Assembly (NCBI GenBank): GCA_904063045.1
Contig: CAJFCJ010000070.1
Coordinates: forward strand, 17,358-81,357
Direction of reading: 5' to 3'
Source of the DNA: Dimorphilus gyrociliatus
Taxonomy: Eukaryota; Animalia; Annelida
DNA: 64,000 nucleotides
Positions 11,101-24,674 of the stretch are shown one piece after another (position 1 is the first letter of the stretch; every line of letters starts with the position of its first letter). Under the pieces are notes generated by a model, which worked only from the letters and a program-made list of their open reading frames with translations, made no database searches and had not been told where the DNA came from. A program made the translations under genes and the position numbers.

Positions 11101-14100
11101 CTGATTTCTACAAATGCACTCTCCAGAATGTGATCTTTTTGCTATCAAATTTTTAGAACATTTTGAGCAACTTTGACAATGACATAATCCATTTACAAGT
11201 CGTGATATAGAACCATCAGGACAGACACAGGAACATCCATCCTGCCCATTAAGAATACGATTTGCTGATCCATCAGGACAGCAAAAGCATTCTCCAGAAT
11301 TGAATTTGAAACTATTCTCTCTCTTTCCTTTATCACATTTACAAGCACACATGCATTGATTATTTTTCTTGTTGCGAAATCCATAGCTAATCCCATTCTT
11401 AGAAAAACATGTACAAATATCATATTCTCCTCCATTTGTTTGACTATATGCTTGGCATTTACTGCAAAAAAAAAAAACAAAAATGAATTATTTTGATTAA
11501 AAAGCTTAAAAATTGTGGAGCTGTTTAAACATAGGCAACCAATTGGCTTTACCTAAACAAAATGAGTTGTTTGTCAAGGCAATTTTCACAAAATAGATTA
11601 TTATTGTAATTCAAAAGAGATATCTTTCCATTAATTTCCATTCTATTGAAATTTGCACTAGCTGTATCAGGTCTATCATAGTTGCATATATTTTCATCAG
11701 CATATCCACTTTTGATTTCTAGTTCTTTGGTTATTTTCATATTTATGGTAGATTGTTGTTTATTTAGAGGAGCAGAATTTTGTATGTAAATACCTATGAT
11801 TACAAAAAAATATATTTAAAAGATACTCTAAACTTGATATAAATATTCTATATTTGCTATTTAAAACTTACCAGCTAGCCAATTATTTACAGATTCCAAA
11901 TTTCCATTTTTACTAAAATATTTCTCTGTGTCTTTATTGATATCTTCTTCATTGTCCAATGGCCATTTTAATAATAGTGTTGCACTGAATGGCATATTTA
12001 TTTTTCCATATCCATTTCCTGTCAACTTAAATTCACATTTGTTCTTTTTCTTTTCTGTTCTTGTCCTAAAGCTTTCTAATTTATTTTTATCATAAAATAT
12101 AAAGCCACTGTTAGAATCACTAGAAAGTATACATTGTTTTGAATTAAACATTAATTTGCCTCTTGATTGAATAGATATTGGTCCTATTGAAAATTCTGTT
12201 AAATAGATTACACCAGGAATTTTTAATCCATTAATTACATAATTAAATAAATATTTATTGCTGTTTTTCATGTTTAATCCATCAGTTTTATATAGGTCTA
12301 TTGTTTTAAGGATTGAAATGTCATAGTCAATATCAATATCTAGCTTTGTGGTCAATGATGGTTTTATATATTTAATTCCATAATTTGGTAAAATTTTTGT
12401 TTCCAAAGTTGTCCGAATTGATGTTGTATACTTTGACACGATTGAAAGTTTCAAATCTGGAATCTGTTTTAAAGAAAATTTTTTATCCTAGCTCTGAAAA
12501 CCTACTTACTTAAAGCAATTGAATTGAATTTAGGAAATTCAATTGTACATTCTTTACAAATAGATAAATAGATATTCAGATTCCAAACTTACAGTAGAAA
12601 TCTTCTGTTACCACAAAAAGAACAATGCAAAATATACTTACATTTGTATTAATTTTTGGAAAATTGCTGTGTATGGAAAGATTCTCATTTAAATTATTAC
12701 CATTACTACCACCAGTACTATTCTTTGTAATGCTATTATAGTTGATAGTGCTTGTATCTAAATCTTCAGTTAATGATCCTAGATTAATCAATTCTACAGC
12801 TTTCCATCCATTCAATAATGATTTAGAACTGATAACATAACCTAAAGAACTTATTGTATCTTTTTTGCCAATAATTAAATCATCATTCTTCAACAGATCA
12901 TCACTTTGTGCATAGTACAAACTTTCATGAATATCATCAGTCCAACAAGAAAGTTGATGAGACCAATTTTTTATTTGATCAAAATTTTTACTTTCAATAT
13001 TTGTACTTGTACAATAATCAAGTCTTGATTGTAGAAAAGAGTCTTTGTTAATTGTTTTATGATACTTTACTACTCTTTGCAGATAACCTAAAGATTTTTC
13101 TACAATAATGATATCCTCATTTTGATATTGCTCCGTTGTTTTAGCAATAATATAATAAGACCATACAGTTCTCCCTTCATAAGCGTATTCTTCTCCCAAA
13201 CATTTCATATTTATTTCTTGAGTAATGCTCTTCCTTGGTTGTGAAGATTGGATAAATATTGACAACTGTCTTTTTGAAGGAGTTAAATGCCATATATTCA
13301 ATTTATTTTTATCCTTAAATATTGCAGTTGTTTTGAAATGACCATATTTAAGTAAGTCCAATGGATAAATTTCATATCCAACCATAATCTTATAATTGGA
13401 GAATGTATTTGTAGAATTAACAATTCTATGATAAACTCTTTCATTATTCTCACTGGTTATTATTTGTTGAGTATAAGTAGATGTATGGTTGTCATCCCCT
13501 TCTAGTATAAATATGTCATATTCTCCATTCAAATCTCCATTCAATTTTTCTTCACTTTTACATTTAAAAAGCTTTGATTTTATTTTAATAACATTATCTT
13601 TTAGTTTTATATCATTTATTCTCTCTTCTGAAGTCAATTGTGGAATGGGAAAGCCATTTTTACATTTATTCTCATCCCATATTTTACAACCAGATAATGA
13701 TGTATTTTTAAAGCATTTTTTGATGTCTGTACATTGTTGACAAGCTTCATTATTGGTGTGAGAGCAATAAGACTCTTCACAATTAAAAGTTAGTATCTGC
13801 TTAGAGCAAGAATTTGGTTCTACACTTAAACAATTCCAATAGAACCAATCAGGACATGACTTGTATGCTTTATCAGGCATTCCTGGAATACATTTTTGAG
13901 TAGTGTCACACCATCCACAACCCTCTCTCCTAGTACAATGTTTACAAGATGAATAGCGAGGACATTTTGATCTTGAGCATCTTTTTCCATACCATCCAGG
14001 ATAACATTTACAAACATTTGGGCCTATACATGTACCATGATTATTACAATTTCCAACATCTTTACAAGTGAATTCTGAACAGTCAGACTTAGTCCATCCA

Positions 14101-17100
14101 GAATTACAGAGGCAAGTTAAACCAACACATTGTCCCCTTTTAAAGCAGTTATTTTTACACAATCTATCATGAAATTCTTGACAAATAAAAGGTTTAATCA
14201 CCTTATTATCTATATAATTTGTATCTCTTTGCTCAGGATATCCACTATTTGCAGTCCATATATCAGTTGTTGTGAATTTTTGTTCATTTTTACTTGATTC
14301 CGTTATTCTAAGTATATCTTTAATATTTTTATTAAGTAAATGGTTTGCTGATAGTAATTGTGAAAAATGATTCAAACACCATTTTTTAGCATTGTTGAAA
14401 GTCAATGGTCCAAAATGAAAGTAATAGCAAGATTTTTCAATATATTTCCATCCAGTTAGACCACAAAATGAGTTTAGATGATTATTTTTAGGGAATTGTT
14501 GAAGATTTTGGGAATAATCAAGAAGTTGAAGAGAAGAATCATACCTGCCATCATAGATTCTCTTATGAATTTCACTTGAATGAGTTTCACCCCACCAATT
14601 ATGAGAACAGTCATTCAAAATTAGACCACTTGAGTTTGTAAAACAAGCTATTTGAAAAGAATTAACATCATCATTCAAAACATTTGAACATTGATCAAAA
14701 GTTGTTTGCTTTAGAAATATTCCCAGTTCAACATTATTATTGTTAGAAATTTTCAATAGAGAATTTTGAAAATTGTCATTTTGAGAAAATCTACATTGAG
14801 TTATATAAATGCTCAAATTATCATTTTTCATAAAAATATTTTCATTATTAATTAGATTGAATGGAGTTGATTTTGAATTTTGAATATTTACATTTTTCAT
14901 ATAGACTGATGATCTTTTAGTTGACATGTAAATTGAATGTTTAACAGATGAAAATAGCAAATTTTCAAAATGAAAATAGTTTTTATGCTCTGAGGTTTGA
15001 TAATTGAGATATATAGCTGTTGATTTTTCATTAGTAAATGAATTGTTTACAATACAATAATCTCTATGTTTGTCATCATCATCATTGCAAAATATGAATT
15101 GTGGATCTCTAAAACCTACACACCTTAGTAATTCAATGCGAAGAGTTATATTAAAATTTCTATTTTCCAATTCATAAATTGGAATATCATAATATTTCCA
15201 TATATATTCTTTAGTGGCTGAGTATTCTCTGATGATTTCTGTTTGTTTATCATCAGATTTTATTAATACAGTAATTCTACCATCACCATTAAGCAGATAA
15301 AACCGAAAGTAGCAATAATTTTGGTTAGAAACTAGATTTTGGTGATAGATATCAATAAAACGTCTTTCATGAAAGTATTCAGAGTGGATGAGTAGTAAAT
15401 TTCCAAAAGAATTTATGTGATTATCAAATGTGTCACCACAGTATCTACGCCTATGTAAAAGAAAAAGTTGGAAAAATGGGAAATGTACATTTCGCATTTA
15501 TCTTGAAATTGTTACAAACCTGGTCTCTGAATTTTAGAGAAGAGTAGTATCAGGTGTTCTGAGAAGTTAGGATCAGTTAATTGCATTTCAATATTTTCAT
15601 CAAAAATATAGAAAGCATCCTAGAGATTGAGATGAATAATTGATATAGAATGGGAAAGTGATGATGATAATCATATATCAATACTTACTGTATTAGGCTG
15701 TGAAAACAAGAAATATGGTATTCCATTTTGAGGAGTGATTATTATATTTTCTATATTTATTGGTGAATTATTCAATAACTGAACTTTAAAAATGAATCCA
15801 TGAGGAATAGTTATAGTTAATGAGCATCCAGTATGGAAATTATTTGGCCAAGACAAATCCAAAAATAAATCTCTATCTTTCAAATTATAAAAAGCGCCGA
15901 TTGAACAAAAAGAAATTGGTGAAAAAAGAGATTGTTTGGGAAAATTATATTCAGACATCTGAGAAAATCCTTGAATTAGTCTGATTGAATTTTTATTATT
16001 GTTAAAATGACTATTTCGAATGGAGAATTTATTAAATGTTCCTTTTAAATCTAATCCTACTTCTGTTGTAGATTCTACTAAAATATTGGATATTTCTAAT
16101 GATGCATTTGAATTTGATCCAATAATTTGTAAACCACTTGAATTGGATGAAAAATAGGAATCTTTAACAATTGCATAATCATCATTTAAAAATAAATTTA
16201 GACCAACACCATGAAAATGGGCATTTTGAATAAGGTTATTTTTCCCATTTACATTTACAATTGCCTCATTGAATACTGTTGGTAAACAGCTGAAAGAAAG
16301 GATTGTTGGTAGAACATCTGCATTTACAAATTTTGTACATTGGTTGAATTGAGTAGCATTGTAGCAATCTAGAATCCAGTCTGTTGTTGAAAAGTTCAAT
16401 TTTGAGTATGATATTCCAGCTGTTGATTGTGGATCGGTATTTAGATTAAAATGTTGGCAAACCAGTTGATTTATTTTGAAAAATTGTAAAATACTACTGT
16501 TTCTTGTTAAATTGATTTGAACAGATTTTTGTAGTCCATCTTCAGAGTTGAATAAGAAAAGTGATATGTTAATTTTTTTAAGTTGAAAATGGCTACTTTC
16601 TTGCTTCAATTTTGATGTTTTAGTAGTGATTAAAACTCTTTTTTCATTTGGTTTTCCAATATATAATTCTCCATTTACTATCAAATGCTTACCTAGATCA
16701 AATGATATCTTTGTATTTTGGGATAAAATTTTTAAATCACCATTGATCAGTGTTGTATCTTTGATTCTAACATTTCCACTAAGCTCAACTTTTCCTTTGA
16801 TATAACCTTCTAAGATGGTTGAATCTTTTTGTTTTTTATCAAAATATTTGAGTGTAGTCAATTGGTGATCTGTATAACTTGGTGATAGATTCACTCTAGC
16901 CAACAGGCCATTTCTATTTCCATCATAGACTTTTGAATAAGGATTTTCATGATTAATGTAATTATGTGTCATATTGAATTGGCATTGATCAATTGAATTT
17001 GTATCACAAATGCATTGGCAATCTATTTCATAGGTACTTTCTCTATTATCCAAAATATTTCTTGATAGAAAGGGAAAATTCTGTCCTTCCAGTTTCCATT

Positions 17101-17104
17101 CCAT
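8152..17104 (-). pseudogene. Giant multi-exon cell-surface protein gene (bark-beetle-like SRCR/parallel beta-helix/CUB, C-type lectin, EGF, PSI, VWD, EGF array, 2 cadherin-like repeats, Ser/Thr stalk, TM), 5'-truncated and with in-frame stops
   Basis: ORFs 15671-17104, 12576-15497, 11861-12454, 11549-11740, 9877-11352 and 8152-9723 are linked by GT-AG introns (e.g. 15620-15688, 11794-11871, 11462-11552). Motifs: LVCQHF (SRCR-like), RYCG (CUB), CLTGWKYIEKSCYYF...AKKWC (CTL), CKHCTRREGCGWC (PSI), TWGDPHLETIDG (VWD), ANDTDKG / AEDADSGPKGEI (cadherin), IIIISCVGVITITIIV (TM). Stops TAA 9877-9879 and TAG 9814-9816 lie in the continuous EGF frame. No signal peptide. Confidence 0.8.
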
Positions 17105-18644
17105 AATAGACTCAATAAAAACATGGGAATAAACTCATCATTTTACACAATTATTGGTGAACTAAAGAGAGAGGCTGACTTAATTTCTGTCTATGTGTAC
17201 ACATACATTCGTCAGCTATATTCTACAATAGAGAAGTAGTATTGAACCAGTATTGTACTATGCAGATAGCACTGATAAAGATAAGCAGTAGTGACCTAGT
17301 TTCGCATAGGGCAGTGCATACACATTATGCAGTAATAAAACCTATTGAATTATATAAAGAATATTTGCTATTTGCAACCTAGCATTAATATTACAATTTA
17401 TTAATCCATAAATTTATGATTTCGAACTAAAACTAGTTCAATTAATTATCAATTATGCTTAAATTCTAAGTTTAGATTATATTCACTATTCAACAGTATT
17501 GTATACACAATACTGTTCTTTTTAACATGCATTAATCAGATATACTTCCTCCTTATATGCTGATGCTAAATTTACTAGCTCAATCAATTGAATATCATTA
17601 TTAAGGTAGAATATAAAAACGGTCAAATATACAATCTACATGTTTTCTTGATTGTTGGACTTGTCCTACTAAAATTGTTACATCTTATGCAACTCTCCAA
17701 CCTGAGAAATTCAACTATTATTTAGAAGAGGAAAACAATAAAAACATGACCATATTTAGAACTTTTCTTTGTCTTCAAATGTTACTTTTGTTTTTGTGAA
17801 CATTGAAATTTGTGAACTATCAACCCTTAAAAGAGTATATAAACCCTACGAAATTAACAGTTGATAGTTCAGTTTTCTAACCGTCAGCTAGTTGTTTAAA
17901 CTAGCTTGTTTAGAACTAGAAGCTCATTTTACTCAATACATATTCTTTGCACGAAATACTGGTGTTTTGTTAATCAATTTCTACCGAAATTGCCTTTGTT
18001 AGACTATTTGTGGACGAACTTTAAAGGTTCTATTTGGACCAGTACTTTGGCAAGTTGGTAAATGATTGGAAAGGACGATTACAGTTGTGACGAACCAGAA
18101 ATTCCTACAATTACAATACAACAAAGTACACTATGAAAAATTATTAAGTGAGAAGAAGATATTGAGAATGCAAAAAAAAGTCTACACAGAAATTCAAAAG
18201 GAACTGTTTTCCATTTGGGAAAACTTTAAAGTTGGTGACATCACAGCAAGTCAACTTGTTGAGATGTGTTCTGCTTTATATTATTAAATATGTGCAGTAG
18301 TAATTCAACAGTATTAAAAATATCAAAAATGTTCAAGTCATTTGAAAAATTATGTTCTTAAATAAACTTTTTTACTTGCAATTTCATGGTTTTCATTTTC
18401 TCAGATCATTAGTATTTAATCAATTAAGAAAAATATATTAATTCCTTTCATCTTCTCTATTCCTATTTAATAATTTTTTTAATACTATGTGGACATTTAC
18501 TGTTCATTTGTGGACATTTTCTGTCCGTCTGTGGATGTGTTCTGTTCATCTGTGGACATTTTCTGTCCATCTGTGGACGTTTTCTGTCAATTGTGGACGT
18601 TTTCTGTTGTGGACGTTTTCTGTTGTGGACGTTTTCTGTTGCCC
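17102..18644 (+). mobile_element. Duplicate MULE 3' remnant with nested solo-LTR-like insert (17196-18130) and terminal repeat array (~18489-18644)
   Basis: Essentially identical to 1738-3279, including the CTATG TSD. Confidence 0.85.
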
Positions 18645-19231
18645 ACTTATTATAGAAATGGATTAGAATATGTCTTAAAAAATAAATGAATTCAAATGGT
18701 TTTAAAATATCATTAACATTTAGCAACCAACATTCATCAGAAAAAATCTCTCTTCCTTTTCAAGATTTTTAAACATTGTACTATTTCTTTGTAAGTAAAC
18801 AAAATTTAACTAAAATATGATAACAAAACTCTAGTCATCCATTTTGAGTAGGTTTGACCTATTCAAAACACTATGGAAACAATGAAACAACACTGGAAGA
18901 AAATTGCTGATGGAACAAGAATTTGTGATAAATATTGCATTGGAGATAATTATAATAACTTATTCATTGGTGGCAAAGTTGGATCTGCTACTATTTTTAC
19001 CAACATTTCTCTTATCATATCGGCTATTATCACTGCTTTCATAGATTTAAAATTCTAACATAATCCTTATAACAATCTTATAACCTAAATCTATTGTTAG
19101 TCAATAGTGGGCATTTTTTCACAAGCTGTAACTTGAGAGCCATGGCTATTGTCACCACTTTTTTAACAATGACTAATCTATATTATTAATATACACAAAC
19201 TGGGAGCTGTATTTGCAAAGCACAAATAAAA

Positions 19232-21468
19232 ATGGCTACGAAATCTAATGATAATGAAACTGAGGAATTGACAGCAGGAACTAGTGATTTAAAATTAGAT
19301 TCTGAGCACTTTGAATGTAAAATAAAAATACCAATAAAACTACTGCTTCATCAAAGGTCAGACAGAACTGTCCTAGACAAAAAGCGCACACCCTTGGATA
19401 TAGCTACTGAGGATCATCCTAATGGAGTATTTTTCTACCCACGACTGGTGGACAATGTAATATTCTTTATATTAACAAGAAATATTTTTATTGTAAAAAT
19501 TTTATTTATTCTATTCCATTAAATTTATATAGGTTGGAGACACACAACAAACTATTAAATTATACAGCGATTGGGATAAAGAAAAAAGAATATTTCATTT
19601 GAAAACAATAAATCTCAACTTAGAAAAAAGAAAAATTACCATTTTTCCACGTGACTTTAAAGGAAATGAGGAGAAACCAGGACTTTTAACTTATAGTAAA
19701 AATATATATACAATACCTTTATTTTAAAAAATCAAGAAATGAAGAAAACATTTCTTTATACATTTAAACAGATATTTCAAAGGATGGCAAATGTGATTTC
19801 GAAAAGTCTCAATTGATCATTGAATGGAATCAAGATACAAGCATGAATGCAACTTTGGAGGAAAAATTGGATAGAGTTCGGAATATAAGAATTGGAGCAT
19901 TTAATATTAAAAAGGGAAAGATTGAGCAAGAAATTTCAAAAGTATTAGACATTTCTTTTGGTATTTTCATCACAATTTAGAATTTCTTTCAGGTCATACA
20001 AAATTTTGATTTGCTTGCCTTACAAGAATTGACAGCTGACCCTATAGATTATGGAAAAATATTGAAAAATTTAAATGAACAGCTAAATGAGAAAAATCAA
20101 TGTCCATATTACATAATAATTGGCGGAAAATTCCACAATGAAAACTCTGCTTATCTTTACAATACAAAATATTTTGTTAATATTTGCAACACTGACAGTA
20201 AAGATTTGGATTGTGCAAAAACATGGGAGGCTGAAGAAGAAAATCATAAAATGTTGATGCATCAATTTTTTCGACCACCACTTATTGTTTCTTTTCAAAC
20301 AAAATATTGTGAATTGGATACATTTACCTTTATTTCTTTGCATACTAACCCTAATAAGAATGCAAAAAATAAAAAAATTGGAAATATATTACATTGTTAC
20401 CCTTCAACAGTTACAGGGATAAACAATCTTTTCAAATTGTCAAAAGATATAACAACAGAATATCATGATGAGGTTGTGATTCTCTTGGGAAAAAAATATT
20501 AGGTCATTCCATACTATTTTCAAACAGTAAATTGTAATTTTTTTCAGCATTTTAAAAATTTGATTATTGGTGGAGATCTTAATTGGTCTGAACAATATCT
20601 TTCACATGAGCCAAATGTACCAGAAGAATTTACTTTACGTACCCAAAGATCAATACCAATCAAATTAAAACAGAAATATATGACAGTATAATAGTAATTT
20701 GTTTAGTAATTTCTCTTATTATTGATATTAAAGTTATACATATATGGAACTGACTTGGAAAAAGCTATAATTAGAAATAGTGGAACAGTTTATTACAACA
20801 TAACATTCAGTGACCACTTTCCAGTTGGATTTGAAATTCAATTCAAGATAAACTTAGAGGAGAAAATTCCTAAAGGAATAATTCATGTTCCATTTCAAAG
20901 TGAAAATCAGTTGAAAAGTTTGCAAGATTATTTTGATCCATTTACATAATGAAACCTCACAATTTTTGATGATATGTGGCAAAAAAATGACTATACATGG
21001 CCAAAGATGTATCAAGTTAAAAAGCATTTTGATAATCATATTTTCAAAAATATTCTTCAAAGCAATTATAACACATTTTTTATGAAGACTTCAATATATA
21101 TTGTGGACAATAATAATCATGGAGAATACTCATGTATTACAGATTCGAAAAGTAATTGCATAATATTTTACACAGAAGAAAATAGATTTGAAGAAGACTG
21201 TTGTCAAAAATACAAAGAGGAATTTATAATACAATTTGTGGAAAATATTCAGGAAACTTATAAATATAAATGTAAATGTGCTGCATTCTACAATGAAAAA
21301 TTTCAGTTATTTAAATGTTACGATATGTCTACAAATGACAAAATCATTTTATATAAAGATGATAGTAAAATTATTAACCAAGGGAAAATATACTATTTCA
21401 ATTTTCTGGTACAAAGTGAAATTCCAGATCCTTATGAAAAGAAAAGATGTCAGTTTTCTTCACTTTGA
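19232..21468 (+). CDS. DNase I-family nuclease, copy 2 (exons 1-4 intact; several 1-bp deletions in exons 5-6, probably consensus errors near the contig end)
   Basis: Same exon structure and catalytic motifs as copy 1. Exon 2 (19533-19695) is 163 bp and in frame. Differences after 20600 are mostly single-base deletions in short runs. Confidence 0.75.
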
Positions 21469-21599
21469 TAAGTACTTTGGATATCATTTGGCAATTGATT
21501 TACTAATTTTCTTTTTTCTTGTTATTGCACAATTTTCATTATATTTTATACTTAAATAATGTTTGGATGGTTCATTATTATCATTTGGATTGTATTTTA

Positions 21600-22397
21600 A
21601 TTCTGATTCATTTTATGTAAATCTTTTTCAATTGTTTGAAAAGTGCACTTGGAAATAATGCATAATGATATTTAGACCTTAACTATGATAGAACTTTAGA
21701 AAGACTTTTCTTTTGTAGCCATGAAAATGGTGGAACATCGAAAAAGCTTTTATTTCCTAGAAATTATAATGGTGGAAGTTTTGAAAGATTTTTATTTCAT
21801 AGAAATTTTAGTTGGGGACTTTAGAAAGTCATATTATTCGCAGGAAATAGATTCTTTGACCATAACAGATGGTGCCACTTTGGAACTAACAAAGGAACAA
21901 ACAATATAGAAAAATGCATGTCAAAGTTGTTACATCTTTTTCAAAAACAGATATGGAAGAGCAGGTTTGCTTTTGAAATGCCACATGCTAACCATTGTGA
22001 TATAACAGTTTTCATGTTTTTGTTGTTCATGCATTATGAGACTGTTACATTTCAACTTTGTAATCCTTTGGCCAAGTGAACTCAAGCTTTTGGAAATGTG
22101 TAAAAGGAAATACATTTCCCAGTTGGCAGTTCAGTTCTTTAACCCTTAGCTGCTTGTTAAAACTTACATGTTTAGAACTAGAAACTCCTTTAATCAATAC
22201 ATATTCTTGAATGACACTGACACTGAACTGGTGTTTGTTGATTGATTTCTACTGAAATTAAATTTCTTGAGACTATTTGTAGAAGAAGTTGAAAGGTTCT
22301 GTTTATGTGAGTATTTTGGTGCATTGATAAATGATTGGAAGGGTGAATATTGTTCTGAAGAAGCAGAAATTCCTACAATTAAATACAACAAAGTACA
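21600..22397. repeat. Duplicate of the dispersed repeat at 6245-7045
   Basis: Collinear with 6245-7045; ends caacaaagtaca. Confidence 0.75.
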
Positions 22398-22699
22398 TTC
22401 AAAATTCTTTATGTGGTTTTTAGTTGTTACAGTTATTGAAGCTTAGGCTAAAACAAAGCTTGAAAATAGTATCGGATGCTTTAGATGTTAGTAACTTTTA
22501 GTAGGCCTTATCACACATTAATTTGGTCTAAAATGCAGTATAAAATATAGTATAAGCTTTTCGAAAATTAACCTCTTTTGTTAAAGTTAGATTCAATCAC
22601 ACATGCAAAATATTTTTCTATTTCTAATAATGAGAGGATCATTATCTTTGCAACAAATCATCAATTGGATTTATTGTCAAAGGGGAAAATTTGGTTCCT

Positions 22700-23303
22700 N
22701 NNNNNNNNNNNNNNNNNNNNNNNNNNNNNNNNNNNNNNNNNNNNNNNNNNNNNNNNNNNNNNNNNNNNNNNNNNNNNNNNNNNNNNNNNNNNNNNNNNNN
22801 NNNNNNNNNNNNNNNNNNNNNNNNNNNNNNNNNNNNNNNNNNNNNNNNNNNNNNNNNNNNNNNNNNNNNNNNNNNNNNNNNNNNNNNNNNNNNNNNNNNN
22901 NNNNNNNNNNNNNNNNNNNNNNNNNNNNNNNNNNNNNNNNNNNNNNNNNNNNNNNNNNNNNNNNNNNNNNNNNNNNNNNNNNNNNNNNNNNNNNNNNNNN
23001 NNNNNNNNNNNNNNNNNNNNNNNNNNNNNNNNNNNNNNNNNNNNNNNNNNNNNNNNNNNNNNNNNNNNNNNNNNNNNNNNNNNNNNNNNNNNNNNNNNNN
23101 NNNNNNNNNNNNNNNNNNNNNNNNNNNNNNNNNNNNNNNNNNNNNNNNNNNNNNNNNNNNNNNNNNNNNNNNNNNNNNNNNNNNNNNNNNNNNNNNNNNN
23201 NNNNNNNNNNNNNNNNNNNNNNNNNNNNNNNNNNNNNNNNNNNNNNNNNNNNNNNNNNNNNNNNNNNNNNNNNNNNNNNNNNNNNNNNNNNNNNNNNNNN
23301 NNN
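22700..23303. other. Assembly gap (N run)
   Basis: Run of n; ORFs called across it are artefacts. Confidence 1.
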
Positions 23304-24674
23304 TTAATAGATTCACAATTTTTATTTGTCAATTTGCAAGAAATAAATTCAATATGTTTTAAAGTATTTTTTGACTTAGCAATACCAGATAGAATATTTT
23401 CAAATTTGTCAACATATCATTTCTATTTCCTGATTTCCAGAGTATACTTGTCATGTTTTTTGGTTTTTAACTAATGCATGGATTTAGGAAAACATGGTTA
23501 TAGTTTAAAACACATGACAATTATTATTATATAAAATTAAACTCTTATCATTCATTCCAATCAGCTAATCTTATGTCATAGACTTCAGATTTAAACGAAC
23601 TTTAGAATAGCTTCTATTTCATACAACTTAGAATGATAGAATTAAAGAAGTAATTCTAATTTCATAAGCAATAGATTTTTAACATAATTGATGGAGCTAC
23701 TATGGAATTGGCAAAGGAACAAAGAACAAAAGGATTCTTCATTTTTTTGTTTATTGAAGTTCTAAACCATAATTTATTCAATGTATAGGCATAATTTTGT
23801 ATAGATTTTATTGCAATGGACAACAAAACACTGTAGATTTTTGACAAAATATCTACATTTAATTTCTTTTGAAATACTGCTGTAGTTTCAAATTACATAA
23901 GTATCAGTGCTCCATCTAACGGAAGATGTAATTAATCTAATTCTAGTAGTGTGAAATAGATATAGGACATTTAAAAAGTAGTTGAGGATTTTTTCTTCAT
24001 GTGTTTTAAATGGGGAATGTTCTATCTTTCTTCATTGACTGCAACGACATCTGTTATGAATTATTATACAAAATATTCCAATATTTTCTAATAAATTACA
24101 GTGTCATGCACTGTGTGAAAGAAAACATGTCTTCTACTTTTGGTTTTGATAGATCTCAAATAAATGACTGCTAAGAGTTTAATTGAAATTACTCTGTTGA
24201 AATGAAACAGTCTCATAATGCATGACAACAAAACATGAAAACTGTTATATACACATGGTTAGCATGTGGCACTTCAAAAGCAAACCTGCTCTTCCATATC
24301 TGTTTTTGAAAAAGATGTAACAACTTTGACATGCATTTTTCTATATTGTTTGTTCCTTTGTTAATTCCAAAGTGGACCATCTGTTATGGTCAAAGAATCT
24401 ATTTCCTGCGAAATAATGACTTTCTAAAGTCCACAATAAATTTCTATGAAATAAAAATCTTTCTAACTTCCACCATTATAATTTCTAGGAATAAAAGCTT
24501 TTTCAATGTTCCACATTTTAATGGCTAAAAGAAAGTCTTTCTAAAGTTCTATCTATCTAAGGTCTAAATATATTATGCATTATTTCCAAGTGCACTTTTC
24601 AAACTTGAAAAAGATTTACATAAATGAATCAGAAAAGTGACTTTTAGTCAGTTAGTCATTGTTCAGTGATAATA

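Larger units (their letters stand above)
15363..22699 (+). repeat. Segmental duplication copy 2 (matches 1-~7340), ending at the N gap
   Basis: Collinear with copy 1. Many 1-bp indels appear after ~20600. Confidence 0.95.

Noticed and set aside
22578-23474. Long ORFs spanning 22.6-23.4 kb and 49928-50824
   Set aside because: Composed of X residues from N gaps.
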